The notes beneath the pieces are model-generated. The model searched no databases and was not told the DNA's origin. It saw only the letters and a list, made by a program, of their open reading frames with translations. Of a stretch of 64,000 bases of DNA, positions 1 through 10,932 are shown one piece after another (the stretch's first letter is position 1; every line of letters starts with the position of its first letter). The stretch comes from Octopus sinensis (lineage: Eukaryota). Where the stretch lies: the NCBI RefSeq assembly GCF_006345805.1, contig NC_043005.1, positions 1,240,001 to 1,304,000 on the forward strand, written 5' to 3'. The position numbers and the translations under genes are program-made.

Positions 1-1058
1 GTGTGTGTGTGTGAAGGAGTACTCCATGTAGGACATTACAGTTTCCCAATACTTTGTTGTATACTACATGGACAGTATTTAGAGCACCTTCACTACGTTA
101 GACCATTTCTTTTTAAAAGGATCAATAAACTAAGTATTGGCATTAAACTTCCTTCAGGGCAATGAAAACAGCCAATTACTCCTAATAACAGCTCTAAAGG
201 ACAGTGTAGAGTATCAGTGGTCAGTTGGTTTGGGCATGAACTCTTCTTTTTGAACAAACTCTTCTTCTTGAAGGAGTAACAAGAAGTTGTTGCACCTTAC
301 TCTCTCTCTACTAGAGAAAATGTAGTCTTTATGAATGAGAACCTATTTCCATTCCTTGCTGCAGCAGCACCACAACAGTAAACCATTGAATAAGATCAAA
401 AGTCATTTGGACAACAACAACAACAATAATAGATAAAGGCAACTGAACAGTCTGTGTATATATGTTATTGTGCATGCAGTTGTATGTGTGTCTGTGCGTG
501 TGTTTACACAAGAGGATGCCTGAGTGGTGTGTGATTGTATTTCCTTGCAGCTAAATGAATGCTATGGCTTTGACTTATATTAACTGCACTGTTATTTCAA
601 GCAGTTCACAGTCACAGAAATGAACGACTGGACACATGTGCATAGAGATGCCAGAGGAAAAGTAGTGCATGTGTGTGAGAGAGGGAGAGAGAGAGACAGA
701 GAGAAAGGAATCAAGTAGGAGGGAGAGGGAGAGGGAAAGAGAAAAAGGAAGCAAGAGAGGGAGACGGAGCGAGACTCACTGTGTGTAAGACAGAACATGG
801 GAGAGAGTAAGTGAAGACATGCATTATGAGATTAGTTATGAGTAAATGTGCATATTTTCTCTTGCAATCAACCACTTGTCACCATGTCTAAGTTTTGAAC
901 AAGGACTGAAAGGAAAAAATGCACATCTGCAAAAGTAAGTAGAATAACCAGAAAGCTGAATAAATTAACCGAATCTATACAGAACAATTGAGATTTGGAC
1001 ATAGGAATCCCTGACAGAAGGCCTCAGTTATTACACACAAGCACTCCTAAATACTATA

Positions 1059-1090
<32 letters not shown>

Positions 1091-1095
1091 GCAGG

Positions 1096-1220
1096 CATGA
1101 CTGTGTGGTTATATAAAGCACATGGTTTCAGGTTCAATCACATTACAGGACACATTGGGTAGCCCCAGGAAGACCAAAGTCTTGTGAGTGAATTTGTAAG
1201 ATGGAAATTAGAACATGCTC
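1096..1220 (+). mobile_element. tRNA-derived SINE (octopus-type, family A), decayed
   Basis: ggcatgactgtgtggtt...ggttcaatc head followed by the gaccaaagtcttgtgagtgaatttg body shared with the copies at 22072, 44291 and 54588. Confidence 0.65.
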
Positions 1221-1299
1221 TCACCATATGTGTGTGTGTGTGTGTGTGTGTAATGAGAGAGAAGGAGAGCATATTTGTTTAACAAAATTGTGTTCATCA

Positions 1300-1475
1300 T
1301 AATCATCATTTAGCATCTGCTTTTCATGCTGGCATGGGTTGGATGGTTTCACTGGAACTGGTAAGCTGGAGAGCTGTGCCAGATGCCAGTCTGACCGATT
1401 CTATGGTTGGATGCCTTTCCAAATGCCAACCTCTCCAAGTGTGTAGTGGGTGCCTTTAACATGTCACCGGCACAG
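1300..1475 (-). mobile_element. RTE-LINE 3'-end fragment
   Basis: catcatttagcatc...gctggcatgggttggatgg...ggatgcctttcc; same sequence as the 3' ends of the RTE copies at 2765-5645 and 46560-48470. Confidence 0.7.
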
Positions 1476-1504
1476 ATATTAATCATATATACATACACAC
1501 ACAC

Positions 1505-1543
<39 letters not shown>

Positions 1544-1559
1544 TATATAGTACCTTTAT

Positions 1560-1935
1560 ATGAAAAAAAGTTCATTAGACTGTGCCCAAGCTGGGGCACT
1601 ACCTTAAACGGTTTAACCAAACAAATTGATGCCATCCCACCCCAATACTTATTTTCTAAAGCATGATACTTATTCTATCAGTCTCTTATGCTGAACTGCT
1701 AAGTTACAGAGATGTAAATAGATCAATAGCAGTTATCAAGTGATGCTGGGGGATCAAACACATAAAAACACATTCACAAACACACATACAACAAGCTTCT
1801 TTCAGTTTGCATCTACCAAATCCACTCAGCTTTGGTTGACCCAGGGCAATAGTAGAAGACAAGTGCCATGCAGTGGGACTGAACCCAGAACCATGTGGTT
1901 GGGAAGCAAACTTCTTACCGCACAACTATGCATGC
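1560..1935 (-). mobile_element. tRNA-derived SINE (family A) with its 3' domain, reverse orientation
   Basis: Reverse complement of the family A head and body (1790-1930) plus the shared 3' domain (...gtacctttaaacgg...gacttattctatc...gctgaactgctaagttac). Confidence 0.7.
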
Positions 1936-2582
1936 GTGTGTGTGTGTGTGTGCACATATGGTATTTTCAGATGATTCTGGAATAGAGATATTTTATTTGG
2001 AATTTATTTTGCAGTTCATCTTGTGTGGCTGTTGCCATCCTCATTTTGAGATGTTTCACTCATGTCTTCTCCTGCCAACCATCTCACCACTTTTTACCAT
2101 AACATTGTGAATTTTCATTTTCGTTTGTTTTTTTGTTGTGATTTTTAGATTGTATTTGTTTTTTTTTTTTTCTATCCCAAATTGTCATCTGGCTTATTCA
2201 GCAATTATTTTCAGTGATGGGAAACCATTCACTACGTTTTCAAAAATACAAAGTGGGTTTGTCATATTTGCCGATACTATTTATATCTCAAGTGAAATAG
2301 ATTGTATGCAAATTTATTTATTTGTAATTTCACAACATCACATTTACATCGTCATTTTATGTCCAGGTTCCAAACTGATAATGGTTGGATAGTTTGACAT
2401 GATTTGACGGCTCCAAGAATTGCATAATACTCCATTATCTGCTTTGCTTGGAGGCTCTTCTTAACACCAGCCATTTTACACTGTGTAATCTATCATACTA
2501 AATTCCAAACATGCACACAACAACAAAATTAAAATTACAAAAAAAAAAGCACCCTTTAGCATAAAGTAGACGCCATAACTAC

Positions 2583-2703
2583 CTGTGTTGTTTGTGATAT
2601 TCTATAACTTGTCGTTCAAACTCCACGGTTTGGCTGGGAATAAACCGGAACTCAGACAGGTAATTTCCTTTGTGATCTTCAGGATTATAGTCACCTAATT
2701 CAG
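2583..2703 (-). CDS. PTPN4: PTPN4-like coding exon 6 (SELGDYNPEDH...FIPSQT...HKQHR)
   Basis: cctttattttcag|CTGAAT...CAACACAG|gtagtt; 121 nt, phase 1-2; contains the ELGDY and F-x-P-x-Q FERM motifs. Confidence 0.94.
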
Positions 2704-2764
2704 CTGAAAATAAAGGAAATTATTAGTTAAAAAATCACACACACATATAATATATATATATATA

Positions 2765-5645
2765 TCATCATTTAGCATCCACTGTCCATGCTGGCATGGG
2801 TTAGACGGTTCAACAGGAAGTGGTAACCTGGAGAGCAGTACTAAGTGCCAGCCTAATTTTGGCTTGGTTTCTACAGCTGGATGCACTTCCTAACGCCAAC
2901 CAATCCAAGAGCTAGTGAGTGCCTGTAACGTGTCACTGGTATTGGTGCTTTATGTGTCATCAGCATGGGTGCTTTTACATGTCACTGACACCAACCACAA
3001 CTGCTATTTCACTTGACAAGTCTCTCAAGCACAGCAAACCACCAAAGATCTCGATCACTTGTCATCACCTCCATGAGACCCAAGTTTTGAAGATAGTACT
3101 TCATCACCTTGTCCTATATCTTCCTGGGTCTACCTCTTCCACAGGTTCCCTCCACAGCTAGAGACTGGAATTTCTTTGTGCAGCTGCCCTCGTACATCAC
3201 ATGACCATACTAGCGCAGTCGCTTCTCTTGCACACCACATCTGATGCCTCTTATGCCAAACTTTCCTCTCAAAATGCTCACACTCAGTTGCACACGCACA
3301 CTCACATTGGACATCCAGCAAAGCAAACTAAATTTCCTTTCTTTCAAGCTTATGCATGTCCTCAGCAGTCACAGACCCTGTTTCACTGCATGGCTGTCCA
3401 CACCACAGGCATCATACGATTTGCCTTTAACTCTGAGAGAGAGGCTCTTAGTTACCAATGGAGGGAGAAGCTCTCTGAACTTTGCCCAGCTTATTCTTAT
3501 TCTAGCAGCTAAGCATTTGGAGCATCTGCCTCCACTCCTGACTCGGTCACCTAGAAAGCTATCAACTACTTCCAGGTATCTCCACTGGCATTTCATGGAG
3601 TCTGTTTTCTGTACATTTCTAGTGTTTATTGTACCTGGAAATCTGCCACACACAAAGTCTATTTTCTCTGTTAACCTTCCTCTGATGTTGTTGCACCTCT
3701 TACGTGTCCATAGCTAGCACTGGGTACACCTTATGGAGTTTATACCTATGCCTAGTCTACATATCGAGCAGAGCCATCTACCTGAAGGGTTTTGTGATTT
3801 ATTCACTTCCCTACTTACTAAGGCTTTGGTTTTTGCTAAATTAACTCTAGGGCCCTTTGATTCTAGACCTTGCTTCCACACCTGAAATTTCTTCTCTAGT
3901 TCTGGTCATGATCCAGCCATAAGGACAAGGTCATCAGCGGAGAGGAGCTCCCAAGGGACGGCAACTAGGCTTAAATTTCTCTATTACCTGGAGGACTACA
4001 ATGAACAAGAGGGGGCTGAGCACCGATCCTTGGTAAACTCCTACTTGTACCCTGAATTCATTGTTATACTCGTTGTCAACCCTCACCTTACTGACAACAT
4101 CCTGTATAAGGCTTGTTCAGCTCTCACCAACCACTCATCTATCCCTAATTTCTGCAATGACTACTTGATAAGAGAGCATGGGATAATAGCAAAAGCTTTC
4201 TCCATGTCAACGAAAGCCGAGGACAGAGGCTTATTTTTGTCTAGGTACTTCTCCTGATGCTGCCTTACCAGGAATATAGCATCAGTGGTGCTTCTTCCAG
4301 GCACAAAACCAAACTGTATCTCATCAAGACTAACTCTCTTCCTAATTAGTTGGGCTAAGACCCTCTCTGTTACTTTCATCACCTGATCCAACAAGTTCAT
4401 ACCACTGTAATCATTTTTGTCTCAAGTATCATCTTTACCTTTGTAGGAGTTGGCTGTGATGCTGCTGCTGCTGCACTGGTCATTGGGTAGGACTCCCTCT
4501 TATGGACAACCTGACTGACTTTATGGATGACTAGACCACAACCCACACCACCAGATAATTTTAAGCAGCTCAACAGTGATTCCTGAGCACTTTCTCCATC
4601 TTTATATCTACCAAGTTACTGTCTATTCAGATAGCTGGTCTCTCTGTTGGATTCACATTGGACAGACTCTCCTTCTACTTGGAGTTCTCTATATTTAGCA
4701 GCCTTTTGCAGTGGCAGTTCTTCCAAGCCTCCTTCTTCGCAGAGTCACTAACTGCAAGAGAACCATCATCCATGGAAATGCACTTTTCTCCAACATCACA
4801 ATTTTCCCTGACAGACTACTTTGCTTCCCGAAACACTTCAGTCTGTTGGCCCTCACTCTGCAGAACATTGGCAAACGTCTCCCTTTCTGCTTCATCCCTG
4901 GCTAAGTATACCAACTTCCTAGCTTCCCTTCTAGCTATCTGGTATAGTTCCTTGCTACTGCCACCCTTCCAGGCTTGCCTCTTTGCTCTCATGGCCCCTG
5001 TCAATTACGCTGTTCCACCACCATGTTACTCTAGGGCTAGTTCGGACTTTGCACCAGCCACAAATTTGGTCTGTGGTTTTCAGCAATTTGTCTCATAGGA
5101 ACTTCCAGTTATCCTCTATGTAGCATGTCAGTAACACCTCTTCCTTAAACGTTTCAGTTAGGACAACTCTAAATTTCTGACTATTCAAAGGATCCCTAAG
5201 CTTCCAAGTCCTTCTCTTCCAGATTGGCTTCTTGGAATCCTTCTTACTTGTAGTCTAAAATCACTGATGACTAATCTATGCTGAGGAGTACGTCCTAGGA
5301 AAGGTACCTGCATGTATGAACAACCATGAATCTTGCTTTCTGGTGAGAATGTAGTCAATCTATCTGGTTTCCTAAAGTTAGTGCTGCAGATCATTAGGTC
5401 ATTTGCATCACAGAGCTCCAGCAATCTTCTTCTTTCCTCATTTCCGGAACTAATTCCATGCCCCCCCCCCCTCCCCATGAACTTCATGGAAGACACTCAG
5501 GTGCTGCCTGACATGTCCATTGAAATCACCAGCCACGAAGATACAGTCACTATCATTTATCTTTGAGGTAACCAGCAGAAGAATGTTATAAAAGCAGTCC
5601 TTTTGTTCATTTGGCAGACTCAGTTGGGAGCAGAGGCAGGGATGA
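2765..5645 (-). mobile_element. RTE-clade non-LTR retrotransposon, degenerate and internally deleted
   Basis: Minus-strand remnants: APE endonuclease (GDFNGHV, near 5500), RT (EIQFGFVPGRSTTDAIFLVRQHQEKY...FVDMEKAF, 4161-4400), C-terminal AKFRELLPPL and a 3' end with an (ATG)n-like tail at about 2765. Multiple stops and frameshifts. Confidence 0.88.
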
Positions 5646-5905
5646 TTGTTGCGGTGCAGCTCTGTAAGACTGGGCAAATTGGAAATTAAAAATAGCGAAA
5701 CAACAAAAGTCAAAAGGGTAAACACATGGATTGTATTAGGTAGACACTTAGTATAAGAAGATGGAATAAAAAGTGGGTGTATAATGTTTTGAACGTGGCT
5801 ATTTATTATGAAAAGGAGAAGAGAGGAAAGTCCCAGAGCAGGGAAGAAGTCCAAGAAGAAAAGCCTGTGCAATGTGTATGTATGTAGGTATGAAAGTGTG
5901 TATGC

Positions 5906-5912
<7 letters not shown>

Positions 5913-5970
<58 letters not shown>

Positions 5971-5977
5971 CATATAT
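5913..5977. repeat. (TA)n microsatellite
   Basis: Near-perfect TA run. Confidence 0.95.
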
Positions 5978-6095
5978 AGGTGAAAAAGTTGGTGTGTGAA
6001 AGCACGTGGTTAGATATAAAAAAAATAGAAAAGAGTGAAAAAACTACAGAAGGCTTGTTTTATAAGGTTAAAGAATATATTTGAGTTGTTATGTT

Positions 6096-6130
6096 AGAAA
6101 AACCGGTTTCGTGTAAGCTTTTCAATTTCT
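6096..6130 (-). ncRNA. Minimal type-I hammerhead ribozyme fold with U3-A8 variant core (minus-strand mirror copy, sense to PTPN4 pre-mRNA)
   Basis: Exact reverse complement of the plus-strand copy, with a 5-bp stem I (AGAAA/TTTCT). Confidence 0.5.
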
Positions 6131-6138
6131 CAAACTTT

Positions 6139-6175
6139 GAGAAATTGAAAAGCTTACACGAAACCGGTTTTTCTC
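6139..6175 (+). ncRNA. Minimal type-I hammerhead ribozyme fold with U3-A8 variant core (plus-strand copy)
   Basis: GAGAAA / TTGAAAA / G-CTTACA-C / GAAA / CCGG / TT / TTTCTC: 6-bp stem I, core UUGAAAA, 1-bp stem II, palindromic stem III (ACCGGU), GUU cleavage triplet. Confidence 0.55.
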
Positions 6176-6590
6176 CAAAAACTATGTTACTACACACAAA
6201 ATTTTATATTATTTTTCTAACATAACAACTTAAATATATTCTTTAACCTTATAATACAAGCCTTCTGTAGTTTTTTTACTCTTTTCTATTTTTTTTATAT
6301 ATATATATATATGTATATTAAAGTAATAAAATTAATGTGTGGTTATAGAGTGATTAATGGTTTTTCATCCACGACAGTCATAGCTTCATGGAGCACAATC
6401 CAGACTCTAGTCTGAAGACAAATTTAACTGTTCACCTCTTAGAGATGGAAAGTTGTTGGTCAAATGGTCATTGGAGAATAACAGGTTCAGCAATAGTGAG
6501 GACAGGTTATCTCCCCTAGATCAGCTATTTGGAGAGGGGAATAATGTATCTAACCCTTCTAATGGCTCATAAGGACTCTTCTGAGGTTAG

Positions 6591-7888
6591 TCAGCAAATG
6601 AGGAATGTTTGCAGCAGATAGCGCATGAAATGAATGCATGGTGTGATGATTTTTTGGTGAGTATTCAGCAATCCAGGTCTCAAGGAGTCTTCAAATATCC
6701 TAGTTTGCTCTGCTATGCAGAGCTTGCAGCAACCACTCCTGTTTATGTAGGGCCCCAGCTGTTCTAAGATCTTCCACTTAATATCATATGAGGACCCTTG
6801 ATCTTTGAAGTGCTGCACATGGCTGGCCAGGAATGTGACAAATTGTCTTTCTGGGACCCTGAATGATAACCTGTGGTTGTCCAAGCATTGCTTGAATGCT
6901 GTCCTGATGTACTTCCAGGCTTGGGTGTTCACATTACTGGTGCATCTCTTGTTAGCTCTGGGTCTGGGGATGTTGTTGGGGCGGCCGCCAGTGCTGTTAT
7001 CATTATGATGTGTGGATCTGGTTATGTAGCAGTAGCTGCTGTCGTTGGGGTTGTTGTTGTGGTCATCCCTGGCCATAGGGTTGGCGCTGTTGCTGCTGCT
7101 GGTGATGTGGGTACTGTCGGTACCACTGATGGTAATGTTGGATGTGGGGCCAGTAGCTCCAATGTTGCTTCTGATGTTGGCATGGTCATCTTCACTGGCT
7201 GTAGCACTGATACCGGAGTTGTTTCTGCTGCTGTCGCTACCCCTGATGCCCCTGATGTTGTCGGATGATCCATTGCTGCTATTACTGTGGTCGCTGGGCC
7301 TGGCTGTCACCACACCTTCTTAAATGACTCCCTCAGCCTTGCATTGGCCTTCCACTGGACAGTCATTGGACATCCTGCAAGAGCAGCCTGCCTCTTCCTG
7401 CATTTTATGGCTGTTAGCTAATATACTTCCCATGTTAGGTGTGCAACTAAAAGAGACCCTTAAGTTGAGCCTTTTGAATGGATGTCTGTATCTCTGTGTC
7501 TGCGTGAAGTCTTCGTCTATTAACCAGATGTTGTGTGAGAAGGGTGGGGCAAGCCAAACCATATTTTCACGGTGCTTCCTTTTGTGGGTGTTAGGGTCTG
7601 GCATATAGAAGATGAGGTCCTTAAACTTGCTAGATGCCAGTGCCTCATTGTAGTAGGGGGTGGCGGTGTTGAAGACATCTTGATTAGAGGATAGATTCGA
7701 GATCCTCTTGCTGACACCCTTCACTAGGTTCTTGAACATGATCAAAGGTGGCAGGAGGATGTGTTGGTATAGGACAGTCGCTGGTTGGTTTGTGATAGGG
7801 CCTGTGTCTACCAGAGCCCAAATCTAGATTACTATCAAGCCCAAAATTACTATCAAGATGAATCTCACTACCGTTGACTTCCTAGATG
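6591..7888 (-). mobile_element. Penelope-like retroelement 3' part (RT thumb + linker + GIY-YIG endonuclease), defective
   Basis: Minus-strand translation gives RPYHKP..HPP, KNLVKGVSKRISNLSS..FN..YYNEAL, VWLAPPFS, C-x-C..CPVEGQC..GVI*, KYIR..FKQ..NHRLSF and WKILEQ..PY..CKLCIAE, the usual PLE RT-thumb/GIY-YIG layout. Confidence 0.88.
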
Positions 7889-8843
7889 GCCCTGACAGTT
7901 TTCCTTATAAGGTATTTCAAATGTTTTGTAATTTTAATCTTATTTGAGAATTGAGACAATTATTGGTTAATATGTTGATTAATTAATGAATTCATTTGTA
8001 TCCATTAGATCTCTTTGTTTTCTAATTCAATAAAAATGTCTGATGTCTTATGATATTCTATATAATATATTCATTGAAGGATTTTCTCTTCAAAATTTAA
8101 TATATTAAACGAATGTATCTTGGATAAATATCCCCATAAGAGGTTTCAATATCTTCATTGTAACTATATATATATATATAAATATACACATACATACATA
8201 TATATATATATATAGTACAAATCAGTATATGCAGTACTGATTTGTCTATAAGCCATGCAATGACAGACATACACTCTGCAATCTAGTGAATGTGTAGGGA
8301 TGTGTCGGGGTGTATTCATGTGTGTGTGCATGTGTGTGGGGTTTTTTATGTGGACGTGAGGGTTTAGGGTTGGATGTGGATGTGTATGTTTTTCTTGTGC
8401 GGTGTGGTGGAGGTCGGGCGGCTCTTAATGGACCAACCATGAGGAAGACAATGATAATTTAAATTCAAATCCAATAGTCTATTTATGTCATAAGGAAAAT
8501 TACTAACTGGAACCCGGACATACATATGTGCCATTTTGGATCCTAATGTAAGCGTTATTAATAATATTATGAATGATAATAATGGTAGCATTAATGGTAT
8601 TGACAACGATAATGATGCTAACTTTAATGACACTTTGGAAATTAGTAGGAAGTAATATAATGTACTATTGACTATGTATATTTGCATCTAGGTACTAATA
8701 TGTGTATGTTTATTATCACAATATTAAGTTGAAGAACTGAAACATTGAATATGGAACATATATATGTTTACTAATTTATATTATTTATTTACATCATTAT
8801 GTATATGTATAGGAGTGTGAGTATATGCACTCATATGTATATG

Positions 8844-8976
8844 TATATCTCCGTAGAGGCCTTATGATATTTTTGTAAATGTCTCATTTATATCTATATA
8901 TTGACCCACCATAAAAGGCTAATATTGGTAAAATGAGACATACTTATCTACATGGCCGAAACAGCTGTAAGATGTA
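8844..8976 (+). ncRNA. Degenerate hammerhead-ribozyme fold with a long stem-II insertion (Penelope pLTR-type)
   Basis: TATATCT / CCGTAGA / GGCC...92 nt...GGCC / GAAA / CAGCTG / TA / AGATGTA: 7-bp stem I, 4-bp stem II, palindromic stem III (ACAGCUGU), GUA triplet; the core has 2 mismatches to CUGANGA. Confidence 0.5.
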
Positions 8977-10932
8977 ATCTATACTTATATTTATATTTAC
9001 TTATATTTATATTCTCTTTTTTATATATATTCTACTTATCATACAACATTACCCTTTTATGTACACTTTTTTATGTACATTCCTTTATGTACACTGATTT
9101 GTTCTGCTTTTTTATGTTTAACTCTACAGTCTTTTAAGTGGTGGTTTAATAAAGTATGTGATTGAGTATTATCTGGTAATTGATATTTGATTTAGATGTA
9201 TTTCTCCATTTTCTTATCTTGTATTAGTAATTTGTGGTAAATCATTTTACCTTTGCCCATATAATACAGTGAATGAATTGACTGCATCGCAATCCTTAAC
9301 ATTTATGTATTAACTTTGTTGGGTACTTCACTAGCAGTATATTGGATATATGTTATCCTATGGAGGGTTGCATTTACAACCCCTATCTCAATTTGTATAT
9401 ATATATATATATGTAAAATATATATATTGCTCATGTTTAACAATATTTATTTAAAATAATGATAGCACATTAGTTTTGATATACATTAAGTGAACATCAT
9501 CTGTTGTCTATGATGTAATAATATAACATTATTTGTATATACCTAATTAGGTATCAATGCTCGAATACTTATATAACAAACAATGTAATAGTTGGTATTA
9601 TGTATTTGCCACTTCACTTGTATTAACGTCCATCCACTTGTCACCTGCCCAGGTAACAAATCAGTTAGGATTAAGCAGAGAAACCAGTCATAATATTCTT
9701 TACTCCAGCTATATATTCCTTTACTGGTTTTACTTATGTGAATAAATATATGCTTGTAATACCTATGTAAACACATTAATAAATAATTAATTGCGACAGA
9801 AGCAGTATTAATACCAAAACACAATCTTTATCACCAATGTGATGTGAACATTTGTGTGACAGCAAGGAATACTGTGCTATTTACCTTGAGAGGACCCCCA
9901 CCCCATACAGACTTATGGTGCATAAAAACACTCACATTTATATTGTTGACAGATGAGAACTATCCACAGATTATGTTAATCATATCAAGTCCAAACACAC
10001 AAACACAAATTGTGTATATATTATATATGCACAAACACATACACACACACGTCATCATCTGATGCCTTGCAGTTGCATGGGTCATTGTAACTTAAGTCAG
10101 TTCTTAAAGGAAGTTACTGTCCTCTAAATTTGTCAAAGGACCCCTTCTAGCTTTCAAGTTTCATTTTTGGCTTGGTTTCTATGGTTTGATGCCCCTACTT
10201 TCACCAATCATTTTACTTAGAATATTTGATTATGGCACTGACATTAGTGTGAGTTGCAAGCTTATGACAAGACTTAAAGGGGTCTTCTTGACCCCATGCT
10301 GTCCCTCCTCATTTACTAACCACTTATTAGAATGTACTGAGAGCATTTTATTGTGCCACCAGTGAAGCTGCCTCGCATGCCTCAACGATAGAGAAGCCTT
10401 ATGATGTGATGGTTTGCTTGAGGTAATGTCTCCCAGAAGGTGGAGAGAAGAGAGAATGGTAACTGAAGAAGACTTAGACTGAGTGCATGAAAGGAGCAAG
10501 AGTGGGCAGTCCTAAAAGTAAGTAATAAAAGGCAATAACAAATGATTGAGAGGAGAGTAAGCAGTGACTGGCAGTAGAGACAGTGTTGGTAGAAAGAGAG
10601 CTGATGGGCAACAGAGGTAGTGTGATCAGAACAGTGGTAGAGTGATTGGATACAGCTGGTTCCAGTACATCATTATATGGGCAGTATGAATAATGACTGA
10701 TAGGGGTGATGAGTGATGGTGAATATGAATGATGGGGGAGATGAGAAGGTATAAAAACAAACTTGGGGAAGCAGCAGATATAACTCCATTATGCCTATCA
10801 GCTTCCGTCACTACTGCTAGTTGCTGGGTCTCCCCCGGGAGCCTCATGTGTTGCTAATTATCCCACTTCTTGAGATCAGACTTCACTATTTCAGGCCAAG
10901 ATTTTCTCAATTTCTCTCTTCTTCAAGCAGCA

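Larger units (their letters stand above)
6014..6300. repeat. Nested inverted repeat (outer arms of about 89 bp at 6014-6102 and 6212-6300; inner perfect 39-bp palindrome at 6096-6174), probably Penelope pseudo-LTR derived
   Basis: The arms were read directly as reverse complements; the structure lies about 290 bp 3' of the Penelope-like ORF. Confidence 0.85.

Noticed and set aside
1-2582. Next PTPN4 exon (expected G-x-S/T-P-A-E-A..YG motif)
   Set aside because: No matching minus-strand reading found by eye; it presumably lies beyond the window start.
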